A DNA stretch of 64,000 bases from Felis catus (taxonomy: Eukaryota), in NCBI RefSeq assembly GCF_018350175.1, contig NC_058368.1, forward strand, positions 211,794,001-211,858,000. Reading direction: 5' to 3'. The notes under the pieces were generated by a model. It did no database searches. It was not told where the DNA came from and worked only from the letters and a program-made list of their open reading frames with translations. A program made the position numbers and the translations under genes. Below, piece by piece: positions 26,200 through 40,116 of this stretch. Within the stretch, counting starts at the first letter, position 1. Every line of letters begins with the position of its first letter.

Positions 26200-26985
26200 T
26201 TTACCTCTGCTCTTTCTGGTATAAAAGCACTTGGCTTTTCCAGCCCTGTTAGACCTCAACTTTCTAGACTCACCCTTTCTACTTCCTGTGCTTCAAGCAT
26301 GTCAGTTCTCAGCTTTTGTAGAAACATCTCACTAAAAGCAGCAAAGAGAATTTTGGCTTTTCCAGTCACTTCCTTTCTTAGTGTATAGGCTTGATAGACA
26401 CAGGTCTGTCTTCCATGTTATCAGATGTTTTCCTAAATGTTTTGCCACAGCACAACATGGATCTACAGTTTTCAAGCCCACAATATTTGTTTCCTCAGTG
26501 CTCTCTGCCTGACCATGAGCAAACGCAACATATTTTAGTTTATATTTTAGTTTACTTTAGTTTATAACAGAATGCTCCTTCAGTACCAATAAGTTAGGGT
26601 AGACTAAGCTGCTGCAACATTAACCCAATGGCTTAAACATAATAGAAATCCCTTTTCTTCTCATTGAACAGTCCAGAGTGGTTGTTCTCAGTCAGGGCAA
26701 GTGAGAAAGAGTTTGCCTCTACCTAGTCTTCAAGAACTCAGGCTACAATACTTTGCTTCCAAGGTCATTCTGGTCATTGTCATTAGCATTCCACACAGTC
26801 ATAATGAGGAAGAGGCAAGGAGAGGTGTTTGTGAGAATTGTATCGGCCAATCCTTTCAGTGGTACATGTCATTTCTGTTCACATGCCATTTAGAGAGCTT
26901 AGTCACAGGACTTCAAATGCATGAGAGTCTGGGGGAGAAGGGGAGGACATATTTTGGTAAAGAGGTGGCTATCTACTGCAAAGAC
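26200..26985 (-). mobile_element. Old MaLR LTR plus adjoining internal fragment
   Basis: cagtaccaa junction then gttagggtagactaagctgctgcaaca...aatggcttaaacataatagaa; degenerate. Confidence 0.45.
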
Positions 26986-27016
26986 TAAGTAGCTGGTGCC
27001 TTTTTTTTCCTTACAG

Positions 27017-27176
27017 CTATGAAACAAAGGGGAAATCGGACACATCCAGCAACCATGCAGTACTGAAGCTGGCCAAAGGGGATGAGGTTTGGCTGAGAAT
27101 GGGCAATGGCGCTCTTCATGGGGACCATCAGCGCTTCTCTACCTTTGCAGGCTTCCTGCTCTTTGAAACCAAATAA
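27017..27176 (+). CDS. C1QTNF3: C1QTNF3 coding exon 6 (to stop)
   Basis: ccttacag|C; YETKGKSDTSSNHAVLKLAKGDEVWLRMGNGALHGDHQRFSTFAGFLLFETK-TAA; total short CDS 84+112+155+130+100+160=741 nt = 246 aa + stop. Confidence 0.97.
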
Positions 27177-28906
27177 ATATATGAATAGACCAGCTCTACT
27201 TTTGGGAAGACTTATGGCTAAGCTGGTATTGGTATGAGCTGAAGGACATTAGAGTTGAGGGTTCTACTCAGGAGCTCAGAAGAAGAATCCACAAAATTGT
27301 CTTCCCAAGTGACCTTGACTAATATACTCAGCACCTTTACTCTTCCCTAGGCACCTAAAAAAAATTCCCTTCTTGATACAGGTTGGAAATAATTTTCCTC
27401 ATCAAAGAATTCATTTGCAAAGAATTTGGCTACTCCGTTTTTAATTTAATAGCAACTTTCGGGAATTCCTGAGGTTTGAGGCTCATCATTCTTTATAACG
27501 TTTCAAGGAATAGGGTGCAGTGATTATGATGGAGCCAGCAGGAGCAAGGGCACTTGCCAGGACCAAGTTACCAGAAACATTTGTAAAGCCTAGACTGGGA
27601 AGTAACACTTTGATCCAGTGGGTCAATTTTTATGAATGAAGTATAGATATTTTTAGTAACTCTAGATAGCTTTAGATAGGAAAAGTATTCATAATGCCCA
27701 TAAATAATGGACTCCTCCTTTTTTATAAGGATACTGCTGTAATTAAATCTGGATTTGTAATGGCTTGTATTTTTGGATATAAAATTTTCTCATGATCCAA
27801 AATTGAGTTTATCAGGTCTGACTTATTATATTGACTTTTTTTTCCATTGAGTTTCTTAGATTAAAATAGATCTTTGTTGGTTCTGGCCTGCAGAACCAGT
27901 TGAGGTGAGCTTAGATCCACATATACAGATATATGTGAAGTTCTCTCTCAATTTAGAAATTACCCCAATAAACTTTACACACACTGACATGTCATTTCAA
28001 GGAAATGTAAACTCAGTTATATACAGTCAAACTAATGGATGCAAAATACAAGGGCATTCCATTTAGAAGACATAAAATAAAATCTCTTAACCTTTTCAAA
28101 AATAAAAAATGATATGACTTCTTTGATTACCATATTTAAGCAACATTTATAAAGCAGCTGTGCTCCTTGACTTTTGCCTATCCCTCCCCAAAAGGGATAA
28201 GTTCAGAAGATAGTACCCCAAATTGGTTTCTTTTAAGCAAAGAAAGTATCATTGGAATATGTGTTTACCCTGAGGTCAAATCACATTTAAAAGGCACTAG
28301 AGAGATGCCTTTCTGACAAATATCACTTAATGAATTCCCTTGGAAGCAATTAGCCCTTGACTAATTTTCTGTAACAATTTGAATTTCCACAAAAGCTTTT
28401 AAACTGTGGGTTTAATTGTATTGATTACCCCCTACAGCTGGAAGCAGAGAGAATTAAGTAGGGCTGCCCTATTAACTAACTTAGTGGTCTCCTTGCTCCG
28501 TTCTTTGACCCTTTCTTTTGATCTATAAATATTTTAAAACTCTTTTCCTGACCAATACAAGCAATGCTATTTTAAAGTGACTGGATATTAGCCAAAATGT
28601 GCTTGACTGGTTGATAATGTCTTCGTGATTTTGTGTGTATGTTCCCTGCCATCCCTGGAGCTGTGGGTGTTGAGGTTTACTATTTCTAAACATCATAAAT
28701 ATTTTGTAAAAGTGTATTGCCAATAGATATTTGAATTTTGCATGTTGCCCAAAGAGATTTCATTTCTAAAGAACACATACCATTAACAAACTGCCTTAGA
28801 AGAAGATATTGGCTTAGCTTTAGATACAACTAAGGCAAGAAAAATGTAAAAGCATTGTGTGGAAACAAACATACTTTTGTTAAATGTACTGTTTTATAAG
28901 GTCCTT

Positions 28907-28912
28907 AATAAA
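28907..28912 (+). terminator. C1QTNF3: Candidate distal poly(A) signal of C1QTNF3 (proximal candidate at 27967-27972)
   Basis: AATAAA at the end of the non-repetitive 3' UTR-like region, followed by T/GT-rich sequence. Confidence 0.45.
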
Positions 28913-29459
28913 GTTGAATAGCCATTTGATTGTAAATCATCATGGTTTGTTAACACAAAGCTAAAATATTTTCATGCAGATGATGTAAACAGCCATACAT
29001 CAATGATATGGGCACAGAACTTATTTATATACAAAATACTCCACTTTTCAGTTATTCCATTGTTCTGACTTCAACCCTCTGCAACTTTATGATATTGATG
29101 TTTGGAGGTCCTTTAATGAAATCTGAATATCTCTAAGGGGTCAGGATCTTTATCACATACATGAGGTCTTACTATGTTGATGTAAATTCTAATTTTTTTC
29201 TTAGTAGAGACTCCCAGTTGCATTGCAGTCAGGTGGAAAGGACTTTATTCAGTCTTGTAAATAGGTCCCAGGTGGAAAAAAGAGTGATTTTTTTAAGGAA
29301 TGTGGGAGAAGGCCAAGATTGACTGTTTTGCAATTTACCCATGACCAGAATTATATCTGGAAGATTGATTTTACAAGTCTTCATTAAACTGAGGCCCTAA
29401 AAAGGCGATGGTAGGTAGGTATTGTCTAAGTAACCAACTTTAAGAAAAATCCCGATTAC

Positions 29460-30447
<988 letters not shown>

Positions 30448-30747
30448 TAGCAACATTTTAAAAGAAACACATTCTTTCATTAGCTATTTGGTATCCTGAA
30501 ATACTGTTCATATGGAAAACAAGATACATACTTGATTTTTATCATTTTTATTTACCAATTTTTAGAATAATGAGTTGGTGCCCTAGAAATCTTTAAAGAT
30601 AATTAATAAGGTCTCTTAAAAAGCATTATTATTAACTTATGATTTTTCATATATTTAATGTGCTTCAATCCACCACAGTCATTATTATAACTTAATGACC
30701 TCATCTCAATTGTCAGTGGAAGGTCCTTCAAGTTAGTGCCTCTATCT

Positions 30748-30976
30748 ATTTTTTTCAATGTTTATTTATTTTTGACAGAGAGAGGGAGAGAGAGAGAGAG
30801 AGAGGCAGCACATGAGTGGGGGAGGGGCAGAGAGAGAGGGAGTCACAGAATCCGAAGCAGGCTCCAGGCTCTGAGCTGTCAGCACAGAACCTGACGCAGG
30901 GCTCGAACTCACAAACCAGGAGATCGTGACCTGAGCCGACGTAGGACGCTTAACCGACTGAGCATCCAAGCACCCC
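30748..30976 (-). mobile_element. CanSINE
   Basis: Body; TSD cctctatctatt. Confidence 0.9.
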
Positions 30977-31898
30977 TCTATCTATTCTTTTGACCCAGAA
31001 TCAGGTTGGGTCTCTCCCAACAGAGCAGCAGTGAGTGGAAACCGTGTAGACTTGTATCTCAACCAGACTTTCATGCTGTGACCTTGAATGTGACTCCAGT
31101 GGCCCAGGTCCTGCCAATTACCTAAATTCAAGTAGCAATAAGCTACTTGATACCCTTGTAATGAACTCTGTTGTATTTAAGCCAAGAATCCAATTAATCT
31201 AAGAGAAAGAAGCAGAAATAGGGAGGCAAGTTAGGATAAGCTGGAGTACAAAAGCAAGTTCAGAAAAGTGATTGCAATGTAACATCATTTATGTAATATA
31301 AAACTACAAAATATAATAATATAAATAAAAGGTAGTATATAAGTAGTATAGCTATAGCATCGATAGACTGTGGATACTATATGTCAAAATCATGGGAGTG
31401 CTTGTGTCTTGAATGGTGGAGTGAGCAGAAGCAAAGACCTGTAACTTTGGGTGGGAGTGGGTGGGTATAGGAGACTTTAACTATGGAAGGAGTTCAAAGC
31501 AGCTGGCCTGTGATCTATGTACTCCCTTTAGTACATGGATCCTTCAGGAAGCTGAAGAAAAAGGCAGCTTTTGTCAAAGGAAAAGGTATTCTTTGTCAAT
31601 TGTACCTGTTGTACCTATTTACCTTGGGTAAGTAGATGAATGGTATTTGTTACAAGGAAGAGAATTTATCTATTTAATGCATTTAACAGGCTGGCTCTGG
31701 CTATAGGATTACTTTTGCCAAATAAACTCAGAATCCAGGAAGCGCAGTTCCATAGCTAAGTAACACACTGGGATACAAAATGAAGTCTGTTAGGTACCTG
31801 AGAACCTCATTAGAGATCTCAACTATAATCGTGAGTCAGAGGGTATATTAGTTTGCTAAGGCTATAACAAAATATCATAACTCCCCACTCCAACCTTC

Positions 31899-32110
31899 TT
31901 TTTTTTTTTAATGTTTATTATTTATTTTCTGAGAGAGAGAGATTGGTTGTGAGTAGGGGAGAGGCAGAGAGAGATGAAAACACAGAATCTGAAGCAGGTT
32001 CCAGGCTCTGAGCTATCAGCACACAGTCCGACATGGGGCTCAAACCCATGAACTATGAGATCATGACATGAGCTGAAGTCAGATACTTGACTGAATGACT
32101 CAGGTGCCAC
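31899..32110 (-). mobile_element. CanSINE
   Basis: Body; TSD ccaaccttctt. Confidence 0.88.
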
Positions 32111-32136
32111 ACCCTCCCCCAACCTTCTTAATAGTT

Positions 32137-32528
32137 TTATTAGTCTGCTCAGGCTGCCATAATAAGGCATTAGAGGTTGGGTAGCTTAAACAACAGAAAA
32201 ACATTTTTTTCACAGTTCTGGAGGCTAAAAGTACAAGATCAAGGTGTCTTCAAGTTTGGTGTCTTCTGAGGCCTTTCTCCTTGGCTTGCAGATAGACAGC
32301 CACCTTCTGCTGTGTCCTCACATGGTCATCCCTCAGTCCTTGCTTTCTGTGTCCTAATCTTTTCTTGTAAAGACACCAGCCATATTAATTAGGACCAATC
32401 CATATGACTTCATTTTACTTTAATTACCTCTTTCTAAGCTCTATCTCCAAATACAGTCACATTCTGAGGTACTGGGAGTTAGGACTTCAATATATGAATA
32501 TTGATGGGACTTAATTCAGCCTCTAACA
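32137..32528 (-). mobile_element. MLT1 (MaLR) LTR
   Basis: tattagtctgctcaggctgccataata...ttctggaggctaaaagtacaagatcaaggtg...ttaggacttcaatatatgaa. Confidence 0.8.
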
Positions 32529-32882
32529 GGGGATATGTGTCCAATGTAAGAAGGAAGAGTCATGTAAGATTTTCCAGACTTCTGATTAGCTGAGCTTTTC
32601 CATGACCTTTATCTTTGAGCTTATTACTTGATGCTGGGCAATATCTCTGATTCATGTGAATCTGATCCTGGCTGTTAGCTTAAGCTATTTCTGTACTGTT
32701 TATTTTTTAGAACAATAGATTGTAAGCAAATACGAAAAAATATTGTGTCAATCTGGATGTCGTCTGTAACATTCTTTGCATTACTTTCTTTTCAAGTTTT
32801 TAAAAATAGAAATAAAACAAGAGGGTAAGGAAGCTGATGTCTGAACAAAGGTAGTAACATAGGCTAGACAAGAACAAGGAAG

Positions 32883-33491
32883 TGTTGTATTAATTAAACA
32901 AGGAGGCTATTAGACTGACGTGGTTCTAATGCCCTGGCAACCTACTAAGCAAACCAAATTTTAACCCTGTAAATGCCTCAGTTAATGAAATTGAAACTAA
33001 GAACAACCCATCACAAACAGCCAAGTAGACTTTAATCTATTTAGAGCTAATCAATGATTTATTTGTTTTTGTGTATATAAGCCTCTTCCCAACTCCTGGG
33101 GGTAGAATGCTCCTAACCACCTCCTTGTTGGTGCTGCTTGGTTAGACTAACTAGATTTTGCTGGGAAAGAAAGAAAGAAAGAAAGACAGAAAGAAAGACA
33201 AAGAAAGAAAGACAGAAAGAAAGAAAGAAAGAAAGACAGAAAGAAAGACAGAAAGAAAGACAGAAAGACAGAAAGAGAAAGGAAAGAAAGAGAAAGAAAG
33301 GAAAGAAAAGGAAAGGAAGGAAGGAAGAAAGAAAGACAGAAAGAAAAGAAAGGAAGGAAGGAAGAAAGAAAGACAGAAAGAAAAGAAAGGAAGGAAGGAA
33401 GAAAGAAAAGAAAGGAAGAAAGGAAGAAAGGGAGAAAGAGGGAGAAAGAGAGAGAGAAAGAAATAAAGAATGGAGGGAGGGAGGGAGAAAG

Positions 33492-33562
<71 letters not shown>

Positions 33563-33625
33563 GAAAGAAGGAAGGAAGGAAAGAAATCTTAAAATGTTTA
33601 ACAAGCCTTACTTTAACTTCTAACA
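32883..33625 (+). mobile_element. ERV1-class solo LTR containing a polypurine expansion
   Basis: Starts TGTT, ends TAACA, 4-bp TSD gaag (32879-32882, 33626-33629); TATATAA about 33074. Confidence 0.65.
33163..33586 (+). repeat. Compound polypurine microsatellite (GAAA/GACA/GGAA/GA)n, 424 bp
   Basis: Directly visible. Confidence 0.98.
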
Positions 33626-33719
33626 GAAGATCTGCAGAGGGAGGCAAAGAAAGCCTGCCTGAACCCAGGGGCACGCAACCCCTCAAAGGGCAAGCAACCA
33701 ACGGAAAGGAAAACCACCT

Positions 33720-34260
33720 ATTGGACTAGCCAGGAGGCGGGGCCAGGATCCTCCCAATGTACAGACTCTGCACCGGAGGAGGAGGAGGAGGGACGGCCCT
33801 GCGCAGGCGCAGAAGGGAGGGGCCACTTGGAGGCCGGTTGGGGCTCGCGTCCCGGGCGGTCTAGGCTAAGTCTGGGCCACCCGAGACTTCTTCACTTGGA
33901 GAGCCGGGTCCCATGGCGCTGCAGGGTATCCGGGTGTTGGAGCTGGCCGGCCTGGCCCCAGGCCCGTTCTGCGGTATGGTCCTCGCGGACTTCGGGGCCC
34001 AGGTGGTGCGTGTGGACCGGCCGGGCGCCAGAAGGGACGTCAGCTTCATGGCACGGGGCAAGCGCTCGCTGGTGGTGAACCTGAAGCGGCAGGACGGGGC
34101 ATTGGTGCTGAGGCGCCTGTGCGCCCAGGCGGACGTGGTGCTGGAGCCCTTCCGCCACGGTGAGCCCCAGGCGCCTCCGCGACTCTGACGGGGGACCAGA
34201 CGCGGAAAGGTCCCCGCCGAAGGGAGGGGCTGGGCCGTACGAGCCCATCACATCTAAGCT
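33720..34260 (+). promoter_or_regulatory. AMACR: AMACR CpG-island promoter (CCAAT boxes, GC box, NRF1-like site)
   Basis: CpG-dense segment over exon 1; ATTGG at 33720, GGAGGCGGGG about 33733, CCAAT about 33754, TGCGCAGGCGCA at 33800-33811. Confidence 0.75.
33913..34159 (+). CDS. AMACR: Alpha-methylacyl-CoA racemase, coding exon 1
   Basis: [37 protein letters not shown]...VVLEPFRH (CoA-transferase family III N-terminus); donor CG|gtgagc; 247 nt. Confidence 0.97.
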
Positions 34261-34888
34261 CTGTGGCCGACAGAACCTTTTCCTGTCACTGCCTTTCTAG
34301 ATTTTTCTGTCGCGTTTGCTATTGTTGATCAGTCCCCCCATGAGATGATCTATACTTGGAATCTCAGATACTGAGGTTGCCCCTGTTCTCCTTATACCCA
34401 TTTCCGCCCCCTTCCCCAGATTCTCTTTGTTTCTAATCACTCATTTGTGCTTGTCTTTCTTAATTATTTGAGAGTCCCGAATCCTGTGAGAATCTAAGGA
34501 AAGCCAAAGATTGCCTTCCTGGAAAATTGCATGTAGGTACACAGTCGTTTTTCTACCGTTTTGGGGGTTGGTGTACCCTCTAAAGCCTCTAGACCCAGGC
34601 TAACATTCTCTGCGGTAAATCCTGGTGTTCCAAGTTCCTTCCAGCTTCAGCTCAGTTTGGTTTACAGTTTGCTTCCTGGAGCCACCTTTTCCATCCCGAC
34701 TGTTTTCACCTTTTTATAGACAGATGATGGCCAAATCTGTAATCGTACCTCCGTCTTTTAGAGCCATAGACCGCTGAAATAGACCGTGCACGTGTCTTAA
34801 CTGGCTATCTCCCAGGCACTGCAACTTCCATAAATCCCAAAACAAGCACATTATCTTACCTCCGAGAATAACGTCTCCTCCTGTGTTA

Positions 34889-35518
34889 CTTATTTTTTTA
34901 TTTTTTATTTTTATTTAAAATTTACATCCAAATTAGTTAGCATATGGTGCAACAATGATTTCAGGAGTAGATTCCTTAGTGCCCCTTACCCATTTGGCCC
35001 ACCCCCCACCCCCCACAGCCCCTCCAGCAACCCTCAGTTTGTTCTCCATATTTGAGTCTCTTATGTTTTGTCCCCCTCCCTGTTTGTATATTATTTTTGT
35101 TTCCCTTCCCTTGTGTTCATCTGTTTTGTCTCTTAAAGCCCATGTATGAGTGAAGTCATGTATTTGTCTTTCTCTGACTAATTTCACTTAGCATTATACC
35201 CTCCAGTTCCATCCGCGTAGTTGCAAATGGCAAGATTTCATTGTTTTTGATTGCCGAGTAATACTCCATTTTATATATATACCACATCTTCTTTATCCAT
35301 TCATCCACCGAGGGACATTTGGGCTCTTTCCATACTTTGGCTATTGTTGATAGTGCTGTTATAAACATGGGGGTGCATGTGTCCCTTCGAAACAGCACAC
35401 CTGTATCCCTTGGGTAAATACCTAGTAGTGCAATAGCTGGGTCATAGGGTAGTTCTATTTTTAGTTTATGGAACCGCCATACTGTTTTCCAGAGTGGCTG
35501 CACCAGCTTGCATTCCCA
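34889..35518 (-). mobile_element. 5'-truncated LINE-1 in AMACR intron 1
   Basis: ORF2 C-terminal translation [16 protein letters not shown]...LSEISQ; T-tail; TSD tcctcctgtgtta (34876-34888, 35519-35531). Confidence 0.92.
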
Positions 35519-36005
35519 TCCTCCTGTGTTATTTTTCTCATTAAATGGAACCAGTACTCTCCCAGCTGCCTGAATCCAAACCCTGTACTCTGCCCATGAC
35601 TCCAAATATTGTTAACTGCATTTGCTTTCAGTTATCAGGAATCCAGACATTCTTCCTCCTTAGCTTCTGTAGCTTCCTTCACGCTGTTGTGACAGCCTTT
35701 TTAAAGATGATGTGTGGGTCTAGCACAATTTGGATCCATTCTCAGCTCCCAGGGCAATCTTGCTCAAAGTACGAATCCAAAGCTTTGCCTGATATATAGC
35801 AGGAAGTCAGTAAATGTTTGGTGAATGAATTGAATATCTGTGGGGCACCAGGCATATTAAATGTTAAATCATTTATTCACACAGCCAGATTGGAGGATTA
35901 TGATAATTTAATAATTAGGATTATATCATAATTTAATAATGCCCCATTTAAAGATAGAGGCTCAACATGGTTGCCTCCACGATCTTGCAATTAGAAGGAA
36001 AATAG

Positions 36006-36230
36006 AGGGGTGCCTGGGTGGCTCAGTCGGTTAAGCGTCCGACTCCGGCTCAGGTCATGATCTCACGGTCCGTGGGTTGGAGCCCCACATTGGGCTCTGT
36101 GCTGACAGCTCAGAGCCTGGAGCCTGCTTCAGATTCTGTGTCTCCTTCTCTCTGTGACTCTCCCCCGTTCATGCTCTGTCTCTCTCTGTCTCAAAAATAA
36201 ATAAACATTTAAAAATTTTTTTTAAAAAAA
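36006..36230 (+). mobile_element. CanSINE
   Basis: Body; TSD agaaggaaaatagag. Confidence 0.9.
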
Positions 36231-37080
36231 GAAGGAAAATAGAGCTGTGAATACAGATGTAGCTGTCAAGTGAGAGGATTGTGGCTGGTGTTTAGGTAGA
36301 AGACTAGAGTTTTCTGTAATTTACTATAGCTTTAGGAAGACAAAACTGTAAATATATAGTCTTCATTATTTTTAATCCCAGGAGGTTAAAAATACTAGTT
36401 ATCTGGATTTTGTGCAATAAATACTATACTTATTCATGAGAGCTCTTAGATGGTATTGTAGCAAATTTTATCACTGACATTTTGGTGAGCTTTTTTGTGA
36501 AGATGCCCATGCTAGGCACTTCAGAGACCCATGGAAACAGATCAGGTGTGAATTCTGCCAGAGGAGCTTCTAAACTGAGGGGAAGATGATGGAATATATA
36601 CACAAAAGCACAAAAGTGTGAGGTAGAAGGTGGCGGATGATGGGGGCACAGAAAAAGAAAAGACCTTAAAAGCTTTTGAAAGTGAATTTTTGACCAAATT
36701 CAGCCCCAGGGTAACTGTTCTAGGAGAACAAGCCATTTCTAATAAATTACTAAGGAGAGTATTTGGGGAACTATAAAGGCACTGACTAAAGGAAGGAATG
36801 GCCCACTATGGGGATTGCAGGAACTTGGATATGCCTGAAGGGAATTAAGGTGGGGCTGGAAGGAAATAGGATTTGGGGGCAGAAGTCACGCATTCCAGAA
36901 ACGGTGGCTTCACTCTGTGTCCTTAATTATTGGAAACGTGCTAAAACCCACAGCAAACGTTATCGGTATGATTTGGAAGAGTGCCATTTTATGTTTGCCA
37001 CAGAGAGAGGATTGTTCCTATCCTCAATTCATCCCTCTTAAAAAAAAAAAAAAAAAAATCTTTGTTCCCTTTCTCTTAAG

Positions 37081-37224
37081 GTGTTATGGAAAAACTCCAG
37101 CTAGGCCCGGAGGTTCTGCAGAGGGAGAATCCAAAGCTCATCTATGCCAGGTTGAGTGGATTTGGCCAGTCAGGAAGATTCTGCAGGGTAGCAGGCCATG
37201 ACATCAACTATTTGGCTTTGTCAG
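37081..37224 (+). CDS. AMACR: AMACR coding exon 2 (catalytic His122)
   Basis: ctcttaag|[53 protein letters not shown]|gtatgt; 144 nt. Confidence 0.97.
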
Positions 37225-38237
37225 GTATGTTGACAAAATAATTTCTCTACACCTTTTATTTTGTTCCCAGTCAAGATTTACAGTTACACCAACTAAAAAG
37301 AATTTTTTAAAGGTGAAAATTTAAATATTTATCAGAATCAATAAGGAGAGCATGGTTTGAAAAGAGTTGGTTTGTCATAGAACACTTATTCCCAACCCCT
37401 TTCCCTCTGACTTGACCCATTTGAGGGACAATATACTCTCACTAGTCACATTTACTTACGACATTTCTCACTACAATTCTCAGGCAAGACCCTGCCAGGA
37501 GGTAAGAGCCTTGGTGGTAATGGCGATGGCTGTTGTACAGTTCTAAAATGCTGATAGAGTTTGATCCGAACTCCCCTTTCTTTCCACCTCCATTCTGAAT
37601 CATTGCCTGAGTCACCATTTTAGACTTCTGTGAATACCTGTAGCTTTCAGGTCATATTGTCACTTTATGACAATTTTTGCCTGTGAGAACATGTCTTAGA
37701 ATGGCCTGATCCTAGAATTCTAAGAAACTGTGTGTTGTTGAATAAAGGCCTCAAATTTCCTGTGAGTACACGTTTAAAGATTGAGGATGAGAGTGTGGGT
37801 AGAATTGTTTTTTCCATCTATTTAAAAATAGAATTACTTTTATTTTTTCTTGTGTTTGATCTTGCATCTTGTGTTTTCTTGCATCTTTAATAAGACTGAA
37901 AGTGGATCATAACTGTTGGTAAGCCATAATCTAAATTGCTAACAATAATTTTTTCCTCAAAACTCAGTGAGTAAAAACTTAGCAATAAAATTCTGAAAGT
38001 GTTAGTTGGAATAAAGTTTTAGAAAACAACAACAAAACAAAACAAGGGGCCTTGTTGGGGGAAAAGCCTGTTTATAAATATGCTGACTAGGTTTAGATTT
38101 GGAAAAGCATCACGTACCGGTTTTCACCATGTCGGCAACTAGAATGATTGGTTATTCCTCGTAAGATGTTCATGTATCTATTTAAAAGTGACATTAAATT
38201 TACATTTCGTGTTCCTTGATTTCTTTAAATTATGTAG

Positions 38238-38398
38238 GTATTCTGTCAAAGATTGGCAGAAGTGGTGAGAATCCGTATGCACCGCTGAATCTCCTGGCTG
38301 ACTTTGGTGGTGGTGGCCTCATATGCACACTGGGCATCTTGTTGGCTCTTTTTCAACGCACACGCTCTGGCAAAGGTCAGGTCATTGATGCCAGCATG
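38238..38398 (+). CDS. AMACR: AMACR coding exon 3 (catalytic Asp152)
   Basis: tatgtag|[58 protein letters not shown]|gtaagt; 161 nt. Confidence 0.97.
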
Positions 38399-38829
38399 GT
38401 AAGTGTTAACTGGGGGAGGTGATAAGCCTACCAGTTGTTCTAAGTATGATAGGTGGCTGCCTCAGATGGTTTTGTGAATAAGAGATAAATGAGATTTGAA
38501 GTTTGAATCCAAATTATCCAGGATATCCTTTTTTTTTTTTTTTAAATAGCCTCATATCCTTTCATTGAGTATCTTGTTTGTAGAATCAGTTTTCTAAACT
38601 TTTCATGACTCATCTGATTCCTGCGTTGGTTTCAACAATATTCCCCTGCCATTTCTTGTGCTTAGAATAGTTTTCAAGCAATCTTCATTAAAAACTGGGC
38701 TCGGGAAGGAAGTCTCCCTTAGCAAACAGAGAAGATTCTTAAGGGTGCTAAAGTAGCCAGTCTAGAATTTCCTGTTACAGTTTGCAGGGGAGACTCCAAC
38801 ATCACGAAGCTTCAGTTTTTTCACTGTCA

Positions 38830-40090
38830 CGCACTGAGTACGTGCCTTGCGTTATGCTAGGCGCTTTCCCTGTGCGATTTCTCCTAATCCTCAAAACACC
38901 AGTTCCACTTGGAATACTTTATTTGAAGAAAGGAGAAACTGAAGCATAGAAATTTGCCCAAGTTCTCACAGCCAGTTGATAAGAGCCCAATACAGCATTC
39001 TACGTACGTATTTGCATTTGGACTGATCTTTGGAGGGAGAAGGAAGATGGGTTTGAGGAAGACAAGACTGGAGGCAGAGGGACAGTTACTGGGTTGTTGC
39101 TGGGAGATACGAGCAAGTACTAAAGTCATTGATGGTGGAACAGGTGTGGATCTGAGGGCTATTTGAGACATAAAATTGCCAGGATCTGGTGACGTGTTGG
39201 CAGTAAAGGGGGAGCGAGGAGTCAAGGGTGGCTCCCGTGTTTCTGGCTTGGATGACCGGGTGGATGGCATCACTGGCACCTTGGGGGCGGACTGCCAATG
39301 GAAGAGGCAGTATGGGTCAGTGGTTACGAGCACGGATTCTGGCACCTGTTTCCTCCACCCCAGCTCTGCCGCTGACTGGTTCTGGGACTTGGGTGAGTTA
39401 CTTACCTCCCTGTGCCTCGGCTTCTTCTTTGTAAAATGGAGACAGTAATGGTACCTGCCTCATAGCATTGTTAGAGAACTAAGCGAATTGATGCCTTGTT
39501 TGGTGTGTAAACAATGCCTGGCATAGAGGAGGTGCTATGTAAGAACTTGGTATTATTGGGGCGCCTGGGTGGCGCAGTTGGTTAAGCGCCCGACTTCAGC
39601 CAGGTCACGATCTCGCGGTCCGTGAGTTCGAGCCCCGCGTCAGGCTCTGGGCTGATGGCTCAGAGCCTGGAGCCTGTTTCAGATTCTGTGTCTCCCTCTC
39701 TCTCTGCCCCTTCCCCGTTCATGCTCTGTCTCTCTCTGTCCCAAAAATAAATAAACGTTGAAAAAAAAAAAAAAAGAACTTGGTATTATTGTTGTTATTC
39801 TTGTATGATAAGAGGAATTCAGTTTGGGTCATTTCAAGTTTGAAGTCTCTTTCAGATATCCAGATAGAGTGAGTACTCGAAGTTAGAGACTAGAAACAGG
39901 TTTTATTGTCATTTGGAAGCCACATGAGACCGTGTGGTCCTCTAAGGAAGGGGACAGAGCACCATATTTGAAGAGTGGGCAGTAGAGGAGAAGTCAGGGC
40001 ATAAGGAGAGCAAAGTGGAGAACCGAGGAGTGTTTCCATGGAAACGAAAGATAAAGTGCTAAAAGAAAAAAAAAAGGAATGGTCAGAGGG
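38830..40090. mobile_element. Cluster of ancient MIR and L2 fragments
   Basis: MIR cores (gagaaactgaagcatagaaatttgcccaag; ctgtgcctcggcttcttctttgtaaaatggagacagtaat) and L2 motifs (gactggaggcagagggacagttact...; gaattcagtttgggtcat). Confidence 0.55.
39558..39774 (+). mobile_element. Young CanSINE
   Basis: CpG-rich; TSD aagaacttggtattatt. Confidence 0.92.
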
Positions 40091-40116
40091 TCAGGTGTCA
40101 GTAGAGACCTCAAGAG

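Noticed and set aside
33113..33701. Several long Lys/Arg/Glu-rich or Phe/Leu/Ser-rich ORFs
   Set aside because: Artefacts of the stop-free polypurine microsatellite; the same applies to ORFs at 29846-30209 and 55851-56263
33913..34188. GC-rich CaiB/BaiF-like ORF suggesting bacterial transfer or contamination
   Set aside because: It is AMACR exon 1 in a CpG island, spliced in phase to four downstream exons in the expected mammalian synteny
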